From sequence record NZ_CP096760.1: a DNA stretch of 64,000 nt. One strand, given 5' to 3'. Position numbers and translations under genes: made by a program. Below the pieces are notes generated by a model. The model was not told the DNA's origin, did not search any database, and saw only the letters and a program-made list of their open reading frames with translations. This DNA comes from a plasmid. The stretch's first letter is position 1. The number at the start of each line of letters is the position of its first letter. Positions 20,322 through 28,740 of this stretch are shown here, piece after piece.

Positions 20322-20352
20322 GCCCGACGTCCCTCTAGGTCGGGCTTTTTTT
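20322..20352 (+). terminator. rho-independent terminator
   Basis: GCCCGAC-gtccctctag-GTCGGGC plus T7. Confidence 0.8.
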
Positions 20353-20512
20353 ATGCTGGATCTTCAAAAATTCGCGGCGCGCATATTGAAAATTAAATTT
20401 CCCCACCTAAATACATGAATTAGTGAAATGCAAACTTACATTAACTAAATTTTGTTACACCTATTTCTTCTTGCTAATATTTTCTTCAACTAAATAAACA
20501 AGGAGTTTAATA

Positions 20513-20938
20513 ATGCTAGTTAAGCGGAAAATGCTGAAAATTCGTCGCCTTGCAAGTAAAGGTAAATTAGCTCAATGGGGCTTTATATCAGCGAACCAAG
20601 CGCAAAAGATTGGGCTAGACAACGGTTTTGTCGTGATTCTTTCATTATTGCAGGGCAAACAGGTAGAACCGAAATTTACCCGCTATAAACTCAGTGATGA
20701 TATCGGCAGCGAATATGGGATTGAAACGGATGCCGACCTTTCATCCATAGATCAAAGCATCATTGATGCCATTGGTGTAGCGGTCGGTGATATTTATGAT
20801 GCTGCGGTAAATTATGATGAGAAAACCGCCTATGAAGATGAGCGGGAAGATTTCGAGCGTACCAATCTCATGTTTATAGATATTGAGACTGGTCATGCCT
20901 ATGACTCAAATCTTAATGAAGCGGTAGGATGGGCATAG
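20513..20938 (+). CDS. hypothetical protein
   Basis: 141-aa ORF with RBS AAGGAG. Confidence 0.55.
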   Translation: MLVKRKMLKIRRLASKGKLAQWGFISANQAQKIGLDNGFVVILSLLQGKQVEPKFTRYKLSDDIGSEYGIETDADLSSIDQSIIDAIGVAVGDIYDAAVNYDEKTAYEDEREDFERTNLMFIDIETGHAYDSNLNEAVGWA

Positions 20939-20972
20939 GCTCATCCTAATATTCCAAAACAGCCCACCAAAA

Positions 20973-21020
20973 AAAATCAAAACTTTGGCCGACATCCTAT
21001 TTTTATAACCAAGCGCCACG
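20973..21020 (+). repeat. about 50-bp direct repeat, copy 2
   Basis: See 19262-19310. Confidence 0.6.
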
Positions 21021-21232
21021 CATCTATATAACCAAAGAGCGCCTAGCAGCTCCTTGGAATGCCACCTTCTTATCTTTAACAACCAAGGCAGACCTAGGAC
21101 TCTAATCACTACCGGGTGCGCGCCCGAACCTCAAGAAAAACCGCCAGCAAACAACCCAATGCATGCCTAGAGAATGTCTGTATAAAGCATATAGATGAAA
21201 CGCGCACGCACGCGAATAGCGGAGTTTATTTA

Positions 21233-21335
21233 TTAGTGCAAGTTTTTTATTAATGAAAATATCGATTAAATTTTATTTGCACTAAATAACTTTCAATCAA
21301 TAAAAAACTTGCACTAAATTTTTATTTGCACTAAT
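21233..21335. promoter_or_regulatory. operator-like repeats TTGCACTAA (x4; one inverted)
   Basis: TTAGTGCAA at 21233-21241; TTGCACTAA at 21277-21285, 21309-21317 and 21327-21335, just upstream of the 21379 gene. Confidence 0.5.
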
Positions 21336-21378
21336 ATTTAATCAAGCAATAAAGCTTACTAACAAAAGGTCAAAAATC

Positions 21379-22179
21379 ATGAATGCACAAGTTAAAAACA
21401 CAGAAATTCTAAACATCTTTGCAGACGTTAATTTTTCAGCTCATGAAGCACGTAATGCAATAGTTATAGATCAAGAGACAATAAAAGCGTATGCAAGACA
21501 GCAGAAAGTAACGAGCAAAGCAGTAGCAGTACAGCTTGATATAGCAAACGCGATCATAAACCGTATGAATAACAAGCTTGAGACAGAACAAAAAATATCA
21601 AGCACGTTATTCAGTGACTTAAAAGAAGCATGTTCACGCTCTATGCTTAATAAAATAGACACGCTTCAAAAAGCTAAGTTTGATTTATCAGATCTAGCAA
21701 CAATCATCGCTCACACTGATAAATCACACATTGACTTTGTACAAGTGAAAGTCATTAGAAAAATCTTTCAAGCGATTACAGCTATCGCTGAAAACGACAG
21801 ACGCAAGCTAGACGGTTACACAATGTCAATCTTGCTAAACTTATTACAGTACGGTTCACTTACGGTTAATGAATGTCGTTTATGCTGCACTACTGAAATA
21901 CGCGCACAGTCGCATGAAAAGAAAGTAAGACAGTATTACTTATCAGCGCACAGCACAGCATCATCACAAGCGTCTAGCTCACGTATGACACTGAGAGCGC
22001 TTAATATCTGTAACGTTGTGAAGTCTGTAAAAGACAGTGAAATAACGTTTAATGAAAATTCTCAGTTTATTGAAGCAGTATTGTCATTCTTACAAATGAA
22101 AGAGAATACACAACAAGAATTAGAGCGCGTACAGCATGACATTAAGAAAGAGTTAAGCGAAAAACAAGCAAGCGCATAA
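21379..22179 (+). CDS. hypothetical protein (266 aa)
   Basis: ORF preceded by the operator-like repeats. Confidence 0.55.
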   Translation: MNAQVKNTEILNIFADVNFSAHEARNAIVIDQETIKAYARQQKVTSKAVAVQLDIANAIINRMNNKLETEQKISSTLFSDLKEACSRSMLNKIDTLQKAKFDLSDLATIIAHTDKSHIDFVQVKVIRKIFQAITAIAENDRRKLDGYTMSILLNLLQYGSLTVNECRLCCTTEIRAQSHEKKVRQYYLSAHSTASSQASSSRMTLRALNICNVVKSVKDSEITFNENSQFIEAVLSFLQMKENTQQELERVQHDIKKELSEKQASA

Positions 22180-22193
22180 TTTAGTAATCAGCG

Positions 22194-22217
22194 ATATTAG
22201 TAAGCACTTACTAATAT
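22194..22217. repeat. prophage palindromic motif copy (ATATTAGTAAGCACTTACTAATAT)
   Basis: Perfect palindrome. Confidence 0.8.
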
Positions 22218-22572
22218 CACTCTAATAGAGAGTAAGAACATGATTAGCAACGAACATAAACTATTAATCGCTGTGTTAATTATGAGACAAGATAACAAGC
22301 GTAATAAGTGAACATGCAAAGATAAAGAAATATAGTAAGTGATTACTATATTTCTTTATATATTAATATCGAAGTCCTAGAAAAAATGCGAATGTGTCGG
22401 GTGCATAGCCTGTGTCAATCGCGACCATTTTCCAAACACCCTTTCACCACCAGGCCTATATAACAAATACTTTACCCTTGCGCCGCTTAAATCCATACAC
22501 TTATCCTTGTCCCAGTACGCCATGTCCATTATTCTTTTCAGGACGACTTTCTAATAATATTTAAGGATCAAT

Positions 22573-23142
22573 ATGAAAAGATTTTTTTTGGCTACTTTGA
22601 TTTTAGTTTGTTCAAATGCAATGGCAGAAGGGGAGGGCCCGTTCGCCGAGTACACCGTGAAACCGAGCGAATCATTAAATGATATAGCCAAGCGTAACGG
22701 GACCACGTGGGCAAAGCTGGCAGAAGACAATGATCTCCCTGATCCACCAACTGTTTATGTTGGGCAAAAGCTGGCAATCATGAAAAAGATGAATAAGGAC
22801 GAATATCTGGCTGCGATTGCAAAGACCCGACCAACGTGCTCAAGCAAAGAAGAATGTGACAAGAAAATGGAAGCTGCTCATTTGTGGGTGAGTAAATACG
22901 CTGATTACAAGATCAGAAGTTCAAATAACGTATTAATCGAAACATACGCTCCGCGCGAGTTCACTGGTGAGATCATCGTAAAGGTTTCTAAGGAGCCTTA
23001 TGGGAAGGGAACCTATGCGATCGTGGCCAACATGTCATGCAATAATCCGAATATGACTAAGCCTTATGACTCGATGACCAGTTGCAAGAGAAACGTTTAT
23101 AAGGAAATTATTAAGTTCAACGATTTCGTTAGTTCTTATTAG
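22573..23142 (+). CDS. secreted LysM-domain protein
   Basis: Signal peptide MKRFFLATLILVCSNAMA; LysM motif YTVKPSESLNDIAKRNGTTWAKLAEDNDL..VYVGQKLAI. Confidence 0.7.
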   Translation: MKRFFLATLILVCSNAMAEGEGPFAEYTVKPSESLNDIAKRNGTTWAKLAEDNDLPDPPTVYVGQKLAIMKKMNKDEYLAAIAKTRPTCSSKEECDKKMEAAHLWVSKYADYKIRSSNNVLIETYAPREFTGEIIVKVSKEPYGKGTYAIVANMSCNNPNMTKPYDSMTSCKRNVYKEIIKFNDFVSSY

Positions 23143-23176
23143 CTTTAAGCTATTTGACCAAGTATAGAGGGAAAAG

Positions 23177-23455
23177 ATGGCTTCAAAGGATGATTTAAAT
23201 TATGTTGCTTACCACATTATCGAAATTCTGGAAGAACAGGGTTTAGATAATTCTTATATTAACGAAAAAATAGATCGTCTTTACGAATTCGGCGAAAATA
23301 AAGCCGCTACATTGCTTTGGGCTTCAAACCAGCTCGATAGTAGAAATTTTAGATTACTTTTGGGCAAACTTAATTTAACTCCCGATCAAGTAAAGATATT
23401 TTGTCGCGTATTGAACAAGCTGAAAAAATATTTGGGCTACAATTTATTGAGCTAA
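23177..23455 (+). CDS. hypothetical protein
   Basis: 92-aa ORF. Confidence 0.45.
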   Translation: MASKDDLNYVAYHIIEILEEQGLDNSYINEKIDRLYEFGENKAATLLWASNQLDSRNFRLLLGKLNLTPDQVKIFCRVLNKLKKYLGYNLLS

Positions 23456-23518
23456 GCTTTTTAATTACCTATGATATTCCGAATAAATTAATGCCCCATA
23501 TATCACTTGGGGCATTTC

Positions 23519-23824
23519 TTACTGCACTTGGCCAGATTTAATTAACTCTAGCGCTTTTTTCTTCAATTCCTTCCTACGCTCTTTTTCAGCAATCTTTTCT
23601 TCGCGAATGGCTTCAATATGCACACCGAAAAGCTGATCAGACAGATTGCCACTTTCAAGCAAACGTGCAAAAGCGTCAACAATCTCGCCTTGAGTGAGTT
23701 TATGCTGTTTTGCCATATTTTCTAAGGTCTGGATTGTCTCTGGACGCAAAGTGATGGATGTTCGAACTAAACCTTTTTCTTTATAAAATTTGGAAGAGTT
23801 AGTAGCTGCCATTATTTGCTCCAA
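23519..23824 (-). CDS. ribbon-helix-helix-like DNA-binding protein
   Basis: RTSITLRPETIQTLENMAKQHKLTQGEIV resembles RHH beta-alpha-alpha; downstream of the helicase on the minus strand. Confidence 0.45.
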   Translation of the reverse strand: MEQIMAATNSSKFYKEKGLVRTSITLRPETIQTLENMAKQHKLTQGEIVDAFARLLESGNLSDQLFGVHIEAIREEKIAEKERRKELKKKALELIKSGQVQ

Positions 23825-23937
23825 TTAAAATTTGATGAAAATTAAAACTTGCATATTATAGTTATTATTGCATTGATCACGCTGAAATACCACAAAATAA
23901 AACGGGCTTGCCCAAAACATTGAACAAGCCCAGAACA

Positions 23938-25647
23938 CTATGCAGCTTTTTTGAAACCGAGCTTTTCAAACTCGAAATTCGCAACGATATTCTCGCCAAA
24001 GCCGGGTGTTTCTCTGATGATCTGTAAACGCTGTCTAGCGTGAGATTTGAGCGTTGAATTGTGCTGGTCTGTGAAATCAACAATAAACGCAACGTTTGGA
24101 CCGAATTTCTTAGCACGTAACCCGCGCCCAATACGCTGGCGTAAGGCAACTTCCGCTTTCCCACCACCGGCAAGAATAATCAACCCGACAGCAGGGACAT
24201 CCACACCCACATCAAGAATTGTTGTTCCAATCAGTACATCAATATCCTTATTGGCAAGTTCGGTGAGCGCAGATTTACGTTCTCCCTGATCATCTTCACC
24301 GCGAATATATCTCGCTCTGATACCTATATCGTCAAACAGCTTCAATAGGGTGTCGCCATGCGAGGTATGCTGGACGAGAACCATCGCCGTCATGCCATAT
24401 TCACGGGCTTTGAGAATTTCCATACAGATGGCATTGTTCCGCTCTTCGTTTTGCACGATTCCCAAGCGATAGGCAGCTTGCCAAGGGGTAATAGAGTGTA
24501 ATTTGGCTGGCTTTTTCTTCAATTCGACGATTTTGAAGTAAGGCTTAGCAAGGATTCCGCGATCAATCAGCATTTTTTCCGTAACCTTGATGGCAATCGG
24601 TCCGGAACAAGCCATCAAACGCATATTTGACTCTTGGCTTTCACGCATGAACGGCGTTCCGGTCAATGCCAAGCGGTAATAGGCGTTTTTACAGTGGCGC
24701 ATGATCTCGTAATACGAATTTCCACCTGCCTCATGTGCTTCTTCGAGAATTACGAACTCAAAAAGCTCCAAAAGCTTGATGGTTTGCTGTCTTACGAGTG
24801 ATTTTTCCTTGAATTTTGCTTCTGCCTTAGCTTGCATCGCTGGCGCCTTGTCCTGAAGCTCCTTTTCATGTTGCAGTGCAAGGTTATGAAGCACTTTTTT
24901 GATTTCGGACTCGACTTTACCGACCTTAATTAGCTGTTTTTTAGTGTCCGAAATCTCTTTTTCGTGTTTTTTGACTACGTTGTCATAAAGGATCTGAAAT
25001 TCCTTCTCTAAAGTCGTCTCTTCCAGCTTGGCGGCGAGGGTTTGAACCATTCCGACCGTCATTTTCTTGATGGAGAGCTGACCTTTTTCATTCACCTGTC
25101 CAAAACTGCCATCACCAATGACCGAACATGCAACGCCATTTGCTTCGAATGCATCTTTCATCTGATACATCAGAATCGAACGGGTTGTTAAAAACAAGGT
25201 AGGGCGGTTAATTCGGGCCTGACACAACATGGCAATGCGTGATTTACCGCCACCAGTAGCGACTTGAGCGATAATCTGGCCATGACGTACAAGACGATCC
25301 ATAACTTCCGGCTGGTAATCGTAACGAGGGTCATATCCGTAACTATCTACCACTGGTCGGGCAGGTCCAAGTGGAGCGGGGAGGGGTTTTCGTGCGAGTT
25401 TTACTTCAAAACCTGCCTTCTTGAGTCGATCCGTAACATGGACTACAAATCCTGCTGGAAAAGAGCACTTGGCAAAGTCAAAAAATGACGATCTGCCATC
25501 CCAACGGTGCTGTCTAAACGCTAGAGTTTCTTCGGCGCCATCCACCAAATAACTAAGCGCCGACTGTACTTCAAGTTTCGCCTCAACAGGAGGCTTGTGT
25601 AGGATGGCATTTACGGCGTCATAAGCGATTGTTACAACTTTTCCCAT
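23938..25647 (-). CDS. SF2 DEAD/DEAH-type DNA helicase with a large coiled-coil insertion
   Basis: Motifs I ATGGGKS, II ILEEAHE, III LTGTP, VI QRIGRGLR; about 130-aa K/E-rich insert between motifs I and II. Confidence 0.8.
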   Translation of the reverse strand: MGKVVTIAYDAVNAILHKPPVEAKLEVQSALSYLVDGAEETLAFRQHRWDGRSSFFDFAKCSFPAGFVVHVTDRLKKAGFEVKLARKPLPAPLGPARPVVDSYGYDPRYDYQPEVMDRLVRHGQIIAQVATGGGKSRIAMLCQARINRPTLFLTTRSILMYQMKDAFEANGVACSVIGDGSFGQVNEKGQLSIKKMTVGMVQTLAAKLEETTLEKEFQILYDNVVKKHEKEISDTKKQLIKVGKVESEIKKVLHNLALQHEKELQDKAPAMQAKAEAKFKEKSLVRQQTIKLLELFEFVILEEAHEAGGNSYYEIMRHCKNAYYRLALTGTPFMRESQESNMRLMACSGPIAIKVTEKMLIDRGILAKPYFKIVELKKKPAKLHSITPWQAAYRLGIVQNEERNNAICMEILKAREYGMTAMVLVQHTSHGDTLLKLFDDIGIRARYIRGEDDQGERKSALTELANKDIDVLIGTTILDVGVDVPAVGLIILAGGGKAEVALRQRIGRGLRAKKFGPNVAFIVDFTDQHNSTLKSHARQRLQIIRETPGFGENIVANFEFEKLGFKKAA

Positions 25648-25684
25648 TTCAATACCTTTTGCATTTGCTTAATATTTGGCTTAA

Positions 25685-25709
25685 ATTATAAGTAAGCACT
25701 TACTAATAT
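25685..25709. repeat. prophage palindromic motif copy (in the divergent helicase/ParB promoter region)
   Basis: ATTATAAGTAAGCACTTACTAATAT. Confidence 0.75.
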
Positions 25710-25725
25710 TTCAAAGTAGTTTCCT

Positions 25726-26364
25726 ATGTCAGTTGAATATTTAGAAATCGACCCAGGAGAGCTTTGGCCTAATCCTTGGAATTCAAACGTCGTATCACCT
25801 GAAAACGAGCGAAAAATCGAAGAAGGTATTAAACGTCACGGTATGTTTAAGCCAATTATCGTTCGTACCCTTCTTGATGGCCGCTTACAGATCATTGGCG
25901 GTCAGCACCGAGCAATGATTGCTAAACGTCTTGGTCTACTCACTGTGCCGGTAATGAACCTTGGGCGCATTGACGAAGCCAGAGCAAAAGAGATCGGTCT
26001 AATCGACAACGGTCGTTATGGCGAAGATGACATCGTTAAGCTCAACGAAATTCTTCATGATCTTGGCGGTATCGATGAATTGATCGATGTAATGCCTTGG
26101 TCAAGTGAAGAAATCGACATCTTCTCTAGCACTAATATAGCGCTGGACGCTCTAAGCGATCTCGATTCGCCATCAGAGGAAGTTGAATTACCCAAGACAA
26201 CCAAAGTTCAAACTCACCAAATCATGCGTTTCAAGGTTCCGATCGAGGACGTAGACGCAATTACCAAACTCATCGAGAAGACCATTAAGGCACAGGGCTT
26301 TACCGAATCCGACAGCTTGACGAATGCAGGGGATGCCTTGGTTTATCTCTTGGGAAGCAAGTAA
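25726..26364 (+). CDS. ParB/Srx (ParB-like nuclease) domain protein 1
   Basis: GMFKPIIV..IIGGQHRAMIAKRLGL N-terminal ParB-box-like domain. Confidence 0.7.
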   Translation: MSVEYLEIDPGELWPNPWNSNVVSPENERKIEEGIKRHGMFKPIIVRTLLDGRLQIIGGQHRAMIAKRLGLLTVPVMNLGRIDEARAKEIGLIDNGRYGEDDIVKLNEILHDLGGIDELIDVMPWSSEEIDIFSSTNIALDALSDLDSPSEEVELPKTTKVQTHQIMRFKVPIEDVDAITKLIEKTIKAQGFTESDSLTNAGDALVYLLGSK

Positions 26365-26380
26365 TGAAACCATATGAAGG

Positions 26381-26995
26381 ATGGGATGGCTAATGACCGA
26401 TTTATCTCAAAAAGGGCAGGTTCGAATGTACCGACGGGGTGGCCAATACCCTGTAGACCTTGAAGCAATCCAGTTTAATGGAAACAACGGCTCCGAAATT
26501 GAACTCTGGCTTGGGGTTCACTGCTCAACCCAAATGAAAACAGTAGCCAGAGTAGGGGGAAATACTGATGAAGACTTTTCCCTTGTCATTCCCGGCATTG
26601 GTACAGCCGAGGCAGGTGATTACATCGCTAAAAACCTAGATGGAACGGTGGTCATCCTCAAGCCAGACTATTTCGAGAGCGAGTTTCAGGAAGTTATCAC
26701 TTTCAACACGCCTGAACAGGAACATGAAGGGGCGGTTCCCGAAGTAGATGACGGCGCCTTGAAGTTTTTGAAGAAGTTCTGCAATGGATACCGCATCGTT
26801 TCAACATGCGACCTAACAGAATTGCAGATTGCAGAAGCCAACGTAGAAGGTCGTCTCTATATCGAACCTGAAGGTGGCTTCGGATGGGTAGCGCTCCCTT
26901 GGGAATTAACTACCGTCAGGGATCGGCAACGCGAAAAGTTCTACCAGATCAACAAGCAGTTGATTGAGCAAACCGATACGCGGGTGGCCGAATGA
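26381..26995 (+). CDS. hypothetical protein
   Basis: 204-aa ORF between the two ParB-like genes. Confidence 0.5.
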   Translation: MGWLMTDLSQKGQVRMYRRGGQYPVDLEAIQFNGNNGSEIELWLGVHCSTQMKTVARVGGNTDEDFSLVIPGIGTAEAGDYIAKNLDGTVVILKPDYFESEFQEVITFNTPEQEHEGAVPEVDDGALKFLKKFCNGYRIVSTCDLTELQIAEANVEGRLYIEPEGGFGWVALPWELTTVRDRQREKFYQINKQLIEQTDTRVAE

Positions 26996-27642
26996 GCGAA
27001 CTAAAAATCCAAATGTGGATTGTTGACGATGTAAAGCCTTACGAACTCAACGCCAAAATCCACAGTGAAGAACAAGTCGCCAAGATTGCCGAGTCGATTG
27101 CCCGCTTCGGTTGGGATCAACCCATTGTGGTAGATAAAAATGGCGTAATCATCAAGGGGCATGGTCGCCGTCTTGCAGCCATCAAGTTAGGTTTAATCGA
27201 AGTACCTGTTCTGGTCCGCGATGACTTGAATGAAGAACAGGTGAAAGCTGCACGCTTGGCCGATAACCGAGTTGCCATTGGTGACATTGATGCCGACCTG
27301 CTCAAGCTGGAGCTGCAATCCATCAACATCGAGTTCCTTGAGGACATCTTCGACAGCAAGGAGCTGGAGTTCATGCAAGCCGACCTCTCCGAAATGAACG
27401 TCGATGTGATTGTTGATGATCTGGACAGCGCGGTAGCCGAGCAACAGCGCCATACGGCAAATGCAGTATCGGAATCGAACGAAAAACCTATCCGAATCGA
27501 CAAGGTTTTAGGGTTCAGCGAAGTATCGGGCAAAGAATCACGTTCCATTCACTACTTTATGGCCATTGCAGAAGATGCAACTGGACTAGAAGGGAAGGAC
27601 GCTTTCGTAACGTATATCAGCAAATTGGTGGAGAGCGCTTAA
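26992..27642 (+). CDS. ParB/Srx domain protein 2
   Basis: KPYELNAKIHSEEQVAKIAESIARFGWDQPIVVD..GHGRRLAA. Confidence 0.7.
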   Translation: MSELKIQMWIVDDVKPYELNAKIHSEEQVAKIAESIARFGWDQPIVVDKNGVIIKGHGRRLAAIKLGLIEVPVLVRDDLNEEQVKAARLADNRVAIGDIDADLLKLELQSINIEFLEDIFDSKELEFMQADLSEMNVDVIVDDLDSAVAEQQRHTANAVSESNEKPIRIDKVLGFSEVSGKESRSIHYFMAIAEDATGLEGKDAFVTYISKLVESA

Positions 27643-28298
27643 TGGCTGTTTATAACATCGATGTCCGATACAAAACGTCAGTTGAGCGTACCGAACGTGT
27701 ACTGGAAATTGCCGAGTCGTTCGGGTTGGGCTTAGATGCGAAGGAATTTGTGGTTTTCGATAACACGCCAATTGAAATCGAGCAGGGAGACATCGTTTAC
27801 ATCACTGGTCAGTCTGGTGGCGGTAAATCGACCCTGCTACGGAAGCTGGCGGAACAAATGGAACAAAGCGGCTTAAAAGTCGCTGACCTGAATGCCATTG
27901 AGCATGATGACCGTCCAATCGTCGACCAGATTGGCGAAACACTAAAAGACGCTCTGGATGTACTCACCATTGCCGGCATCACTGATGCCTATATCTGGCT
28001 AAACAAGTTTGATGCCCTCTCGGACGGCCAACGTTATCGCTTCAAACTGGCAAAACTGATTGAGAGCAAGGCGGACGTCTGGATTGCAGATGAATTTCTT
28101 GCCGTTCTTGATCGAACTGTTGCCAAAGTTGTTGCGTACAACATTCAGAAAATTGCCCGAAAACTCGGAACAACCGTACTGGTTGCCACAACGCATGACG
28201 ACATGGTTGAAGACCTCAACCCAAGCCTCTTCATTGATAAGCGATACCGCGAAAAAGTGGTAATCACCAAAGCACCTGAAGGATTTAAACAAGTATGA
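27642..28298 (+). CDS. stand-alone ABC-type ATPase (no transmembrane domain)
   Basis: Walker A GQSGGGKST, signature LSDGQRYRF, Walker B VWIADEF, H-loop TTHD. Confidence 0.7.
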   Translation: MAVYNIDVRYKTSVERTERVLEIAESFGLGLDAKEFVVFDNTPIEIEQGDIVYITGQSGGGKSTLLRKLAEQMEQSGLKVADLNAIEHDDRPIVDQIGETLKDALDVLTIAGITDAYIWLNKFDALSDGQRYRFKLAKLIESKADVWIADEFLAVLDRTVAKVVAYNIQKIARKLGTTVLVATTHDDMVEDLNPSLFIDKRYREKVVITKAPEGFKQV

Positions 28299-28717
28299 CT
28301 AATCGATCAAAAAAAGTTGTAACTAAAGACACTGTAGATGCTCATGAATTCGCGTCAGAAGCATCCGAAACTGTTGCAGAGCAAATCGTTCAAGCAGAAG
28401 TTGTGGAGCGTTCTGAGAGCGAACCAGCGCAAACCAAGCGCACATTAACCCTATATTCTTCAACCGTCTGCTCACCTTGCAAGACCATCAAGCCGATTCT
28501 GGAAAAACAAATGCTAGGTCGCGCAACCGAATACCATGTGCTGACCATTGATCCAAACAATATCGAACCTGAAATCAAACAGCAGTTTGAAGAAGCGGGC
28601 GTAACGCAAGTGCCTACCCTGATCTGCAAGGAAGATGGCAAAGAGGTAGGTCGTTTATCGGGATACAGTGGTGTTCGACCGCTACTCGATGTCTTGAAAG
28701 CTTGGGAAGTGATTTAA
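28295..28717 (+). CDS. thioredoxin-fold protein (CSPC active site) with an acidic N-terminal extension
   Basis: CxxC motif plus cis-Pro VPT loop. Confidence 0.65.
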   Translation: MTNRSKKVVTKDTVDAHEFASEASETVAEQIVQAEVVERSESEPAQTKRTLTLYSSTVCSPCKTIKPILEKQMLGRATEYHVLTIDPNNIEPEIKQQFEEAGVTQVPTLICKEDGKEVGRLSGYSGVRPLLDVLKAWEVI

Positions 28718-28740
28718 CAAAGGGCGTTTAACGCCCTTAC

